Positions 25,700 to 38,944 of a stretch of DNA of 64,000 nucleotides are shown in pieces. The position numbers and the translations under genes are program-made. Within the stretch, counting starts at the first letter, position 1, and every line of letters starts with the position of its first letter. Under the pieces are notes generated by a model. It saw only the letters and a program-made list of their open reading frames with translations. It was not told the origin of the DNA and searched no databases. The DNA comes from Malacoraja senta (lineage: Eukaryota), in the NCBI GenBank assembly GCA_038087875.1, contig CM075977.1:47430001-47494000 (forward strand). Reading direction: 5' to 3'.

Positions 25700-26955
25700 C
25701 AAAAAACAATCTGCTGCCAAAACTCATTGGGTCAGCATCTAGGGAGAGAAATGCTCAGATGGTGTTTCGGGTTGCAATTCTTCTTCAAGACTAGAGTAGA
25801 GAGGAGATAACTGGTAGAAAAAGTTGAGGGGAAGGGGTAGTGCAAGAGTTGGTAAGTGATTGGAGGTGAAACAAGGAACTGCAGATGCAAGTTTACAAAA
25901 ATAAAAAAAGACAAAGTGCTGGAGTAACCCCACGGTCAGGTAGCATCTCTGGAAAACATGGATAGGTGAAGTTTAAAACTTTTTTCAGATTCTGAAGAGC
26001 TAACGAGTAATAAATGGTTCCAGGGAAGAAGCGGCTGATTGGCAAATGAAACATGTGGGAGAGAGGTGATGATAGTTGTAAAGACTAGACATAATGTGGA
26101 GAAGATGAAGGGCTGCTGATGGCGGAATTAGGTAAGCAAGGATGGCGAGGAGGGAAATGTAGAACGAAAGGGAGGGATGATGGGATCTGAGAGGGGGGAA
26201 GAGGGAGGAGTGGGGGGCAAGGAGTAGAGGGGGACCCAGAGGGGATAGGGTTATAGACAATAGGCAATAGGTGCAGGAGACCATTCGGCCCTTCAAGCCA
26301 GCAATGCCATTCATTGTGATCATGGCTGATCATCCACATCAGTACCCTGTTCCTGCCTTCCCGCCATATCCATAGAGCATCTTTAAGAGCTCTATCTATC
26401 TCTCTCATGAAAGCATCCAGAGAACCGGCCTCCACCATCTTCTGAGGCAGAAAATTCCACAGACTCACAACTCTCTGTATGAAAAGGTTTTTCCTCATCT
26501 CCGTTCTAAATGGCTTACCCCTTATTCTTAAGCTGCGGTCCCTGGTTCTGGAGTCCCACAACATCGGGAACACCTATTCTGCCTCTAGCTTGTCCAAACC
26601 CTTAATAATCTTATATGTTTCAATAACATTCCCTCTCATCCTCCTAAATTCCAGAGTATACAAGCCCAGCCACTCCATTCTATCAACATATGACAGTCCC
26701 GGCATCCTGGGAATTAACCTCATGAACCTCATGAGGCTGCACTCCCTCAATAGCAAGAATTGGTTGGTAATGAGGAGGTGGAAAAGGGCTACTGGGGGGG
26801 TGGGGGGGGGGGACAAAGTGTACAAAAGGGAGCTGGTAGATCAATTGACAAGAGGATGGGGTGCAGGGGTTACCTGAAATTGGAGAATTAAATGTTCATG
26901 CCATTGGGTTACAAGATACCCCAACAGAACACGTGATGTTGTTCTTCCAGTTTGC
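25700..26955 (-). mobile_element. Cluster of degenerate Penelope fragments interrupted by a CR1 fragment (about 26253-26760)
   Basis: Penelope terminal motifs (25730-25790, 25870-26000) and GIY-YIG C-terminal remnant (26870-26955); CR1 ORF2 end (RRMRGNVIETYKII; RGKPFRTEMRKNLF). Confidence 0.7.
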
Positions 26956-27049
26956 TAGAATCTCAGTGGTCCCTGGCATTTTTTCTAAATTGCATTTGTT
27001 CTATGGGAAGCATTTGATGTTGATTTAATTCCCTCTCAGCACATAATCG

Positions 27050-27340
27050 AGTCTAATGATCCTGTGGACTAGTGAGGGAGTGCTGTACCATCAGAGATGC
27101 ATTTTCAGATGACACATTCACCAAAACACTATCTGCTTTCTCATGTGAATGTAATCACAGTGCTTCATCATGATTTCTTAGCCAATATTCACTTCTGAAA
27201 GGGATTAGCTGCTCATTATCACAATTGCTGTTTGTAAGAGTTTATATTGTGCAAATTGAATGCAGCATGATAAACTCTGATATTGCTTCTTAAATATTTT
27301 ATTGGCTGTTCTTTCACATATCTTTACAGAGATCTGAAAG
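27050..27340 (+). mobile_element. Ancient Deu-domain SINE (AmnSINE1/SacSINE1-like), degenerate
   Basis: tgagggagtgctg..ttcagatga.., gccaatatt.., cattatcacaattgctgtttgt..tgtgcaaattg, ttattggctgt; recognised from memory of the DeuSINE consensus. Confidence 0.6.
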
Positions 27341-28585
27341 GCATCATTTCATCTCCAGGTGCTTTTTTCTTTCTTTGAGGCAAAAAAAGCAAGTCAAACG
27401 TTACACTCCAGGCACAGGTGAACCAAATAGAATGAGAATAAGTGGTGTTAACCTGAAGCTAGCATCTAAAGAGAGAAAATTGTTTGTAAGATTGTAGTTA
27501 TTGGCACAGGTTAGGTTTTTCATTCAAGGCGACACTAATCATGGATTTCTGGGAATTGGAAATATCATTGTGGTGAAGGAGATACATTTCTGACAGCGAA
27601 GTTAAGGTAATTTGTTAACGCTGAACAGAAAAAGCATTCAGCTGAACATTTGAATGGTTTTCCTGAAGAGTCACCCTTGCTTCAACTGAATATTAGCAAC
27701 TGAATATCAACTGAAAACTCCAATTTATACCGTTTGTATGATTCTGACCTCACAATGCTGCAGTATTTATCAGAAAAATGCCCAGAGAAAATCCCCAGAA
27801 ATGATTCGGCATCCAACAAATCATTTTGCAAGCATTTAATACAAAATGTAAGTTACAAAATGTTTTAAAAATTGATTGCCCAGCCATTCCTTAAGGATGA
27901 ATGAGATTGTGTGCAATCTTATTCAATTCTGACACGAGTTAAATCCCACATTTAATCATTCACCAGGACCACTCATCATCTCACAACTTTGCCTCCATTG
28001 TCTGTGGAGCAGGAATAATTATGTTTGACTTTCTTACTCAGACACGTGATAGCTCAAAGGTTGTTGTTGCCAGAATGTGTCCTATTCATCCCCTACCCAC
28101 AACTTTGCTCCATAGATCAATCATGGTCATCTGTTCAGGCAACATTGCCATTCTTTATGTTTTAAAGATGGTTCTTGCCCCTTGTGTATCATATTTAATA
28201 TACTCACATCATCCAAAAATAAATCCCCAGCCTTGCCTCAGCTACTTTCTACAGTCCCATTCCATTCTTATAGCCTCAATCTCTAATTGCCTTCCATCTT
28301 TGCCTTCTATTTTTGAAACTGTCAAGACACAGTAATCTGAACAAACTTTAAATGGCCTCTCCTCGATTCTTCTTTCCAACATTTGCTTTTATTTTGCATC
28401 ACCGTCAAGAAAAACCTTTGGGGCATTTCAGATGAATGCATTGTTTTTATTGTTACTTTCGTTCCTTTCAACTGGGGGCTCAAGTGCTTGATTGTGTGTC
28501 CAACTCCATAATAATTGTTATTCATCCTGGTTTTGGATACCCAAAAAGGGAACCTCTTTTGGCTTCATGTAAAAAGATAGTTTTA

Positions 28586-29329
28586 TCATATACTTATTAA
28601 AACTCTGATTTTGTTAGTGTGTATATGTGTGTGTATATGTGGTTGTCTTTACATCTTCGCAAAAACACTACACGGTAACGATTACATTTTTACATATTCC
28701 AGTTGACATTTTTCCCGTTGAGGCCGAGATCACCTTATCTGAACATCTCATGCTTTATTTCTCGACTTATTCTCCACTCACTACTGATTAGGTCAAAAGA
28801 CTTTGAAATTAAAACCACCAGCTTGAAATGATGACATCACAATGGCTCAGTTACCAGAGACAAGCCTCAATGAAGATTTCATCCTATATTTGACATGTTA
28901 TTTGAGATTAAATGTTTAAAAATGTCAACTTTCACAAGATTTTTACATATTCTGATTCACATTTTTCCCGTCGAGGCAGAGATCATCAATGTCACTGAAC
29001 ATTTTATGCTTTATTTCTCGAATTATTACTGATTAATTCCCTTGAAATTCAAACCGACCAGTTTCAAATTATGACGTCACAAATGGCAGCTTGAACTGAT
29101 GATGTCACAATGGATAGACTAGAAGGGGAGGGCGAGTTGCTATTGCAACACGCAGGGCAAGTGCAATTGGAATTTATTTTTAAATAGCACTGCTGAGGGA
29201 GGCTAGGAGAGTGCTGGAATCTTACGTTCGGGAACGGCTAGAGTTGAAGGACAGCACCTCGCATTGGGGCTAGGGGTAGGGAACGGGTGCGTTGGGGGAG
29301 CAGACCCAATGGGTCTGCACTTGGTCCAG
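28586..29329 (+). mobile_element. Non-autonomous Helitron (second, related family)
   Basis: A|TC start; 5' TCATATACTTATTAAAACTCTGAT; 3' hairpin GCAGACCC-AAT-GGGTCTGC (29300-29318); CCAG|T end (CTAG variant); internal duplication of about 150 bp. Confidence 0.65.
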
Positions 29330-31544
29330 TTTATTTTAAAAAGACACTCTCATGCTTATCTATTGTACAGGAACATACTACAAACATCTAGTAAGATGGC
29401 ATTCAAGTGACACTAGATCACTGGGCATTAAACATCCTAGAGGGCATCACAGCAGAGGTTGATACTCTGCTTGTCCAATACTCATGTTCATTATTGCAAG
29501 TTATTATTGGATGGAGTTACATCCAGTCAAGGTGGCATGTATTATACACTGCAGGAGGAAGGGGGTTCTTGTCAATCACACCCAATTTTCAAATAAAATA
29601 TTTTGGCAGAGGGGCTAATGTATCGTGGGGTAAAACAAAGATGACTTTACGTTATATTAATGACAGAAATATTGCTATAAGATCAAAACACTGAGAAAAG
29701 TTGGCAGCAACCATAACTTTACTGTAATTTTAGATTAAACTTAGACAAATAGCATTTTCATCCATTTATAAAAGCTAGGCATGTGCTTTTTTAAAAAGTA
29801 TATGAACCTGTCCGATCTTGAAATATGGTAGATATTGGAAAATTGCATGGATTTTCAAAGCAGTGCAAGAATGCATTCACTGTATCCTTAAATAATCTGC
29901 CAATTAAAGTTGTGTGAGCACTGTGATGTGGATTTTCCCTTTCCCAACATTGGATTGGTGTCAGTTGCTATCTTCTGTCAGGAATCTTGCACCTGCAGTA
30001 GCACCAGTGATACCATTACTGTCCAAAAGCCAATAGGGTTAAAGACTCCAGACAAACAGCACACCAGGAAGAAAATGAATAGTCTCATCTTTTACAACTA
30101 TAAACAAAATGTGCAGACAGCAATGCAAAAACCTGGGGCGGGGGGGGGGGGAGACATACATGAATTGTAGGAAAATACTTTGAACAACCCCACATTTAAA
30201 AAAAACTTTCAAACCTATGTAATTTTGAAATATCTTTTCTTAAGGTGCGAGATTGAATACATTTACAATCCAACGTTCAGAAGAAGTGAGATTTTTTCCA
30301 CGGGATTAGTTGTGGCTCAGTAAGCCTTTTGAATTTCATTTACATTTCATTGAACAAGGCATAAAGTTTTCAATTAATTTTACAGTGAGACAAAAGTCAA
30401 AATATTGATGTTCATAATAAGTCTGTAATTGCGTGATGAATTTTGCAGCACGAGCAGAACACTTAAACAACACAAGCAGAAATAGGACATCACCTACAAC
30501 TACTGAATTTCCACATTCAACCATCCGTGTAGATGGCAAAAGTTGTTGTCAACTGTAAAAAATGAGAGTCCCACTATAATTATAAACCCTGAAACATATT
30601 TTGCCATTGGGAATAATAGTAAATAGGTGGGTTAACATTGAATTATCACAAACAATAACGGGGATATCAGCTACCAATGCCTTGATTCTTAGTCAGCAAA
30701 TAGTGTATTTCAGTGAGATCCTTCTAATGAATTCACAATCAATATATTTAGTTGCATGAATATCAAGTAGAACATAATGACATGACCCAAGGTATTCAAA
30801 GGTATCACAAAACAAAAAGTTTAATTCATCAAATGGGGATGATCAATAGCGTAGTCAAGAAGGTAGACTTTAAGGAGCAATGCCAAATGAGCAAAATGGA
30901 TTTTAAAAAGGAATTCCAGATTTTGTGGAGACAATTCTCAAATAAACTGGAAAAAACAATGCTAAAACAGTTTTTTAATCACTGTTGCTACATTTCTGCA
31001 GCATTAAAACATAATAATTTAAGAGGGAGCAGGAGTAGGATATTTGAACCCTTGAACCTGCTCATACATGATTTTCCATTGTAATTCTCCTTTCTTTCCC
31101 CATCTTCAAGTCCCTTGACTGTTAATGTCTAAAAGAATGATTATGACTCCCACATTTAAGAAAGATCCACAGTAATGAATGGGCAGAAAATCTCTATTCA
31201 TTAAATTTGTTTTTTATGAGATCTATAAATAAAGACAGTTGTTGCTCTTTCCTATGTAAGCCTTGCACTGCATGTAACCAACTCTGAGCCAGAATTTCAT
31301 TGCAGAATGTTTCATATAAAATGAACATTCACTGAGCATTTATTCCACAGATCAACAGCATAAATGTAATAAAGCCTATCCTCAACACCTCTCCTTTTGT
31401 ACTTTTTTTGCCACTCTTCTATAGACTTAACACATCACACAATATCTTTCTTGCTTTTCATGTGACTGGACCCTAGACGTCAACATTTGTAAAAAGCCAT
31501 GAACTTGTTCATTAGTTGGCTGACCCGTTGCAACAGATGATGGA

Positions 31545-31840
31545 CTCCAGGTGTCAAGGGTTATGGGGAGAAGGCAGGAGAATGAGGTTAGGAGAGATAG
31601 AGATAGATCAGCCTGAAGAATGGTCTCGACCATCATCCATTCCTTCTATCCAGAGATGCTGACTGTCCTGCTGAGTTACTCCAGCATTTTGTCCATCATC
31701 ATTTTGACAATCTTTGGTTTAAGCTAGCATCTGCAGTTCCTTCCTGCACGATAGATCAGCCATGATTGAATGGCGGAGTAGACTTGATCGGCTGAATGGC
31801 CTAATTCTGCTCCTGACACTTCTGACCTTATGACTATCAC
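31545..31840 (+). mobile_element. CR1 3' UTR with a short Penelope insert (31614-31749)
   Basis: 12-bp TSD GATAGATCAGCC at 31602-31613 and 31750-31761 around tgaagaatggtctcgacc..gcatctgcagttccttcctgcac. Confidence 0.75.
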
Positions 31841-31924
31841 AAAGATTGACCTAAGTATTTCAATTGACACTCTACCCCATAATATAATTAAAATCATTCA
31901 TAAAAGCACTTTACTTAAAGAAGA

Positions 31925-32222
31925 GGGTGACACAGTGGCGCAGCAGTCGAGCTGCTGCCTCGCAGCACCAGAGAATCGTGTTCGATCATGACTACAGGTG
32001 CTGTCTGTGCAGAAATTGTACATTCTCCCTGTGACCACTTGAGTTTTCTCCAGCTCCGGTTTCCTCCCATATTCCATAGACATGTGGGTTTGTAGGATAG
32101 TTGGCTCTGTAAATTTCCCCTAGTGTGCAGGATGCGATAATGGCCTAACATAGAGCAAGTGAACAGGTGATTGTTGGTCAGCATGGACTTGATGGGCTTG
32201 TTTCCATGCAGTCTCTCTAAAA
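31925..32222 (+). mobile_element. HE1-like V-SINE
   Basis: Head gggtgacacagtggcgcagcagtcgagctgctgcc, V-domain and CR1-like tail. Confidence 0.8.
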
Positions 32223-33120
32223 CAAAAGATAATCTATTCATTCAATTGTGATTACTTCTCTTAAGTCAACAGTCAATTCATAATTGATGGACATCCACAG
32301 TTATTGTTTTGATAAGGTCATAGAAGGATTCAGTTGTGTGAACCTGCAAAGGTAACTGAGTAAAAGCTCCAAGATTCAATCCTAACTGGAGCAATTTCAC
32401 AAATTGCAGTCCCTTAAACCAAAATGGACACGACCCATAATGCCCTACAACTGCTAAAGGGTAACAGAATGCAAACATCTCCCTGCACATTTTCTCTCCT
32501 GTTGGCTTCATATCAAAGATTCTTCATGCAGTAATGACAGATGAAAAAAAGACACTGCCACTCAACATTCCCTGCCCAACTGTTCTCTCATAGCACTGAC
32601 GAGATCAAACTAGAATCGTGCTCATCAATCTGAGCCTAAGTGCTATATTTGCATTATTTCCATGACAACAGGTATTTCACCTTTTAGCATTATTTTCCCA
32701 CAGCTCTCCAAATACATATGCAAAGAGTGCTATAATACAATGCATTGAATTATTACAACGTCTCATTTAATTAGCACATCCATCATCATTTCATGCCTTA
32801 TCTTCCTTATTCCCTGTCAATATTGTGCATTTATTTCAATTTCTACAAGGTGAATGGCTATTAAAAGCACAAAGGAACTTGAATATATTGTGTAGTGGTG
32901 CACTCGCTGCTGTCTCTATGTGCTGTTCCCAAATACCCAGTCATAGCTTTTTGCCACATGGCTTCCTTTCATTTTGGAAAAATGATAAAACGTATTCTTC
33001 ATAAAAGTACCTCGCAGCAACTGCAAGTACTTACTACTGTGGAACAAGGCATAGCCAGTTGATGATTCAGATGGCAATAGTTTCACACAACCACAGCCTA
33101 AGTCCAATTCCCTGAACAGA

Positions 33121-33300
33121 GGGGAGCACAGCGATTCAGTAGTTACAGATGCTCTCTCACAGTTCCAGCAGCCCTGCTTCAATTCTGACCTTGGTGCTAT
33201 CTGTGTGGTGTTTACATATTCTCTCTATGACTCCTGGGTGCTCCAGCTTCCTCCCACATTCCAAAAGTTGGGAGTGTAAGGTGATTAGCCCCAAGCCTAA
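33121..33300 (+). mobile_element. Old V-SINE remnant
   Basis: ctgtgtggtgtttacatattctc..gggtgctccagcttcctcccacattccaaa V-domain. Confidence 0.55.
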
Positions 33301-35834
33301 TGAAGTGTTTAAAAATGTATCAAAGGGGAGTTAATGGATACAAAATTAATTGCAAGGTCATAGGAAAATAATAGGAAGCATGTAACTTCTGGGATTGCTC
33401 TTTTGGGAGCTGGCACGAGACTGATGGGCCACATAAAACTCCTTTCATGTTTTAGTAGTAAATAAGTTCTATTCGTTTTGTGTGTACCTGTCCTCTCAAT
33501 TGCACATTACAACCTACCCATTGAATATGGTGCCCTCATTTACAATATTTGCATTCCTAAACCAAATGCTAGCTGGCATTAATTCTGAAATGCGTCATTC
33601 ATGGTCTCTGTTCTATTTCGATTATCCACATGCCACCTTCCCAAAGCAGTCACCTAACCATAACATGCTTTGTTTAAAGTGACATAAATTGCGAGTTAAT
33701 GCCTCCATCATCTTCAGATTGGAAGATGTTGTGGTACAGTTGAAGTGAAGGGCTGTCTTTTTTTCAGAGAAGTCATTTTCCAGTGAAGAAAGTCCCCCTT
33801 GCACTGGAAGTCTCTCAGTTGCAAGGTGACAACTCTAAACAATCATCTTGTGGGGCCATTAAATAAGTGAACCTTATCGATTCTCCAACACAAATTACTG
33901 TTTTGAAGGTGCTGAAAAATCTGATGACCATTGATGGCAAAAGCTATGGAAGCCAAATATTAAAACTTGTTGGTGCTATTGAAAAGTAGATAGCAATCTC
34001 ATTGCAACTAAAGATAATAATGTTCATATTTGTAGTTTATAGCATTATCCACACCAGTATTGAGATATTTTAAAACATTATTAACCTACTATTGTTCTGC
34101 ATGTGTTACAACTCATTGGGTCTCTCAACAAATAACAGCATCATGTAGATATGGTAGAAGGCAACATCTAAACTGAAGAGCTTGAACAAATACATATTTA
34201 TCTTTCCCATACGATCTTATTGTTTTATTGTGCCTTAATGCAAGCAGAAAGTGTAATGCTCACTTTTTAAAAATAAATCATATTGTGCATTATTTCTGTC
34301 CTGCTCTTTGTTCTATAGCTACTGTGAATATAATGGCAATCACTCCCTGGTGGCAGTCAGCAAATAAACGGGAAGGATGTTGACAACATCAACATCACAA
34401 CGTTCTTAAAATGTATATAATGCGGAATAATTATTCCAGCTAAATCATTGTGCGAAAGGCCCAATATAGTGCGTTACACCGTCTTACAGCGATCATTGTT
34501 CATTCAAGGCATTTAACAGGGTGATTCAATTTCTGTCCGAGTGTCTATGTGGATGTATGCATTCCTTCTCCGTTCTTCTGATATTTATTGTAACTTCCAA
34601 TCTGAGGCAGGGTCCATGTCTACAATATTGTTTCTATCCATTCTACTCCACAGGATAGATAACCACTGCGCTGGGTGTTTCAAGCTAGATGCTATGCATT
34701 GTCAGAATCCACGGTATTTTGCATTTCATGGTACATATTTATCACGCACAGTTGGACACATCACACACTTCCAGACACCACAGGTCAGTGGCGAAAATCA
34801 AATTAGCCTTTCAGTGACTCTGAATGAATCGTTACCAGGGAATGGGCGATATAAAGGAGCTGATAGTGGGAAAGCTCCAATGCTTGAAATAATCGTATTT
34901 TACAACTTAGGGAAATTAACTTTATTAAGGTAGAACACGCAATATTGTTTATTTCCATTGAACGCTGTTCTGCATTGTGTTTGTACGCCACCACTGGGTA
35001 GGAATTGGATGCGAACAAACGTCATGTCTAAATCCAGTTTTACATTGTTTTTAATGTACAGCTATTTACAAGACAAGTCATTATATTTCGAATCCAGTGG
35101 GCTTTAAGCGCCCACACCGGCTGAAAAGCGCGTAGAAGCTAAACCGAAATAATAACTGCATGGTTTTTTTAAAAACTCATATTTGATTTCAAATGATTAC
35201 AACGCTACCAACCAAAGAACGGATGATAATTGTTACAGTAAGAAAAATACACGGATGCGAGGGTATCAACAAGTCCATTCTAACGCTCGGAAAGTTTAAC
35301 TTAAAACTAGTTATAAGAAATACCATACTCGAGTGAGATCATCACACGGATTGCATCCAGGTGGTTTTACGCCTTTAGTGAGAATGTAAAATGGAAAGAA
35401 GGTTTAGTTTAATTGTTGGATTAATTGATTTTTTAAACTGTTGGATCATAAATGCTGGATCATAAATCAGCGACAAATCTACTGGTAACGCTCAATAGAA
35501 GCTTGTATTCCCACTTCTATCGGTTTTCCTGGCCGATCGCTGGTCAATTACACATCAATTTCTTCACTTCCAAACCAATTGACCAGGCGGGTCTCTGTAC
35601 AGTTCAGAATCAGGGTCACCCATTTAATGACATAACCACTGCATTTCAAGCCAATAGATAAAGACCCTTTTGTTAATATATGGGGGGATGGGGGTTTAAC
35701 CGGCAGCAGGTAATTTTAAGAACAGGTTGTGACATTTCGAGTTAAACATCGATCTAGGAGACCCCCCCCCCCCTTTCGTTGCCTTTGATGTTAAGAGAGG
35801 TACCGAGGAACTTGCGGCCGCTACGTTCACTTAC

Positions 35835-36567
35835 CGGGGGAATCCGCATCGATGCTGTCCTTGGTGTTCTTGATGCAATGCTCCAAGTAGACGCCGTCTT
35901 TCAAGCAACTGTCTCCTTTTTTATTCAAGCCCAACATTTCAGTGGACTGACCCATGCTCTCAGCCCTGGAGCAGTGGCAAGGGGTTTGCATGATCCCGCA
36001 GGGTCTGGTGCTGGTACTGATGGTCAGGCAGGTCTCCAACCACTTGCACAGCATCTGGCAAGCCCCTTTGCTGGGATTTCTGTTGCCTACCACCAAGTAT
36101 TCGGCCGAAAACTCTTTGTCCTTGACTCTGCCGCCTCTGCTCTTTGCCCAGCCACCGACTCCCGCAGACATCTGCTTCATCTGCAGATACTGTTTGCTGG
36201 ACTGCAAGAAGGCATAACGGACCGTGGAGTCGCAGAGCCTCAGCACTTCGTCGAAGCTCTCCATCCCCAAGTAGGTTCGGGTGCTGGTCAGAAATGAATC
36301 GTACTGGTAGGTGCGTATTTGGTGTCTCTCGCAGATATTGCTGGTCTTGGCTACCTTCATGTAGAGCGTGTATCTTCTCGGGTCGGGGTTTTGAATAATC
36401 CAAGAACAGGCTGAGTTGTTGGAAGGAAAGACCATTGTAGAGGCGAAGTAGCCGAATAGTTTCCCCTGGACCAGCGTGGTACAAGGGGCTTCTCCGGCGT
36501 CAAACCCGCTGACGGTCCACAGCGCGGCGGCTAAAATCACAATCACCGCGGAATCGGTGATCCTCAT
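35835..36567 (-). CDS. ADGRB1: Adhesion GPCR B1 (BAI1), first coding exon: signal peptide plus N-terminal CUB-like domain; an in-frame upstream ATG at 36657 could add 30 aa
   Basis: PCTTLVQGKLFGYF, NPDPRRYTLYMKVAK, STRTYLGMESFDEVLRLCD, EYLVVGNRNPS..CQMLC, PCGIMQTPC match BAI1 rather than BAI2/3 as I recall them; phase-1 donor CCCG|GTAAGT at 35835/35834. Confidence 0.95.
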
Positions 36568-36886
36568 CCTAAGTCGGTTATCCCAAGAAACGCCAAAGAA
36601 ATAGCAGCAGGAGCCCAGACTATGGACATAACAGGTCCGACTTTTACAGAAAGACATCGGCAGATGATTTCATTGCAATCTTTGTAGTTTTGTCTTAGGT
36701 CTCCCCCTTGTGGTACATTCCTTAAAGTCGTATATTTTCTTTTTAATAATAACCTCCAGTCCCGAAAGGAGTAAAACTGTTACCCCTCCCCAACGCTGTG
36801 CGGGGCCGCAGTTTATTCAGTGTGTTCTCCAATTGTTTTACAAGTAACGCATAAACATTGTGCGCTTCAGAATGACAGAATTGAAT
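36568..36886 (-). other. ADGRB1: 5' UTR portion of the ADGRB1 first coding exon
   Basis: Strong acceptor on the minus strand, ctgttttttttttatcatttcag|ATTC, with AG at 36888-36887; contains several uORFs. Confidence 0.7.
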
Positions 36887-38944
36887 CTGAAATGATAAAA
36901 AAAAAACAGGTATCACTTTCTTTTAACATTCTGGTTGAAGCGAAAACCTGCAACCTAATTTCCAGGCATTATTGGTATGGCTTGTTTACAGACTTTCAGT
37001 TCTATTTCTCGCAATGCGTTTGAACAATTCTGCTTACAGAGTTTTTACATCAGTTTAAGCCGACCCGAACGCTTAACCCCCACCCCCCGAGTTTAGTGGT
37101 GACCACTTGAAAATACGCCTCCTTCAATAAACTTATTCTTCTGTAGATTATTCTGCATATCCGGTCCTAGCCATGTTCCACCGCGTTTCAAACACGTCCT
37201 CGCATATTCTCAAACATGTTGCCAATTAACGCTAATTAAGGCGCTGTTATTTTTCTGGTAATTATCGAATAAATAACCCCAAAACTAAATACCCATTTAG
37301 TGAATTACACATTGCAGCTAAAAACGATGAAAGGGGCATTTAGTGTCCCACTCAAAGCATTATAATATACACGAGTATTTCCCCGTGTTATTCAAATATA
37401 ACAACTTAACCAATTAAGCCCACCAGTTGTTTTAATTAATGGTTACAACTAACCGATTTAGCAAATTGCATTTTTAAAGATCAGCTTACAATCATTTTCC
37501 GAATATCGAGATAAATCTCTCCCACTGTAAATTCTATAGGATAGAATTCACGATTTTAAACAAAGTGCTGTATGTTGTAATGTGCCGAGCTACAACACTA
37601 TACCATCCGCAGTCATGGACTCAGCCTTCTTCTATGGGTTACATTCTGACTGAGCACGTTAATCTGTATATACTTAAAAACTGGAAATGTCCAGTAGATT
37701 AATTGTTTTGCCATTGACGAATTTCCAACTTGCCTCAAGGATAGATACAGGTTGTCATACCAAATAGTTCATTGAGGGTTTGCCCCCATTTTAAGGAACG
37801 TTTAATAAGAGATACTCTGACAATAATAATGTCGACTAACAACACTCACTCTTACAATTACTTCCACGTTGCTTTTCTTCCACAAAAAAAATCGTCTTTT
37901 TTTTTTTAACAGGGACTGATTTTGTGTTAAATGCACTGACTTTGTTTGCTGGTCCATCGCAGTACGCTCGTTCAATACCTGCTGGGTTGTGACATTGACA
38001 GAAACCTGTGGTCTCCTTAGCTTTCCCTGCATGTGGCTGTGTCTTCCTTCCCCTAATCTAAGACGAGATATGCATTAAGGTAGCTCTTAATCCATGAACG
38101 GCAATATTACCAACCTTATCCCTCCACCTCCTTGCAATAAACGCCACCATCACAAAGAAGACACGGGCGAGAGGGGATAAAACGTTGTGACAAGTACCTA
38201 CGTGAGAGAGAGTGGTCTACCGTTTCTTCGGTTATCCATTTTAACCTATGCATCGACAGCACATTATTCTTGTCGCTGGCGGGCTCATATCAAGATTCGC
38301 TTCTCTTCCCCCCTCTGGGAACCGCACGTTACGAGTCCGCCAGGCGTTCAGCGTTCAACTGATTACATTTCATCACTCGTAATCCCGAGATATGCCTGTG
38401 CAATGTTTAAGCAGATTTCCGTTCAACTGCGCTCTGTAAACGGGCGTGGGGCGTGTGGGTGGCGGAGGTTACCAGACAACAGGCGTGCATCGCTGTATGT
38501 GGTGGGGGATTCGGAGCTTTAGGTGGATTGACGGTTGTTCAAGCTGAACAACGCAAAACGCAAGGGTGTGAAACATGGAATGTATAGAGCGAAGTGTGGA
38601 AACAGATCGCATACTGACTCATAATGCATCAACATATTGTTAAAAGTTACTGTGTTATAACAAAGCCATCTGCACGAACGGGGAGAGAGAGGAGGCAGTG
38701 TGAGTCGGCAGAGTTGACGCTGGGGTGGCATGGTGGGCTGACGAGTGGTTTCCTGAGAACGTGTTCTTCCGTTTTTGATTGTATTTTAATTGGAGTGCAG
38801 TGCGTTTATTCGCGATAGCAACCATTATATATTTTGTTGTGGCTGATTAAAGCCAATACCACGCAGATTTTGATGGCCAATGGTAATGATTAGGCCAGTT
38901 GCAGAGTCCGGATCGTCACTCTGCCTACACTTAGTGATAAATTG

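Noticed and set aside
31925-32000. tRNA genes at SINE heads (also about 7050-7136, 17960-18020, 23234-23300)
   Set aside because: A/B-box-like motifs continue directly into SINE bodies; no complete cloverleaf.
1-35834. Next ADGRB1 coding exon (TSR1)
   Set aside because: No matching peptide was found in the ORF track or by eye. It presumably lies beyond the window start, though a short exon could have been missed.
35779-36484. Overlapping ORFs at 35779-36297(+), 35954-36217(+), 36144-36398(+) and 35960-36484(-)
   Set aside because: Shadow frames of the ADGRB1 exon with no independent support.
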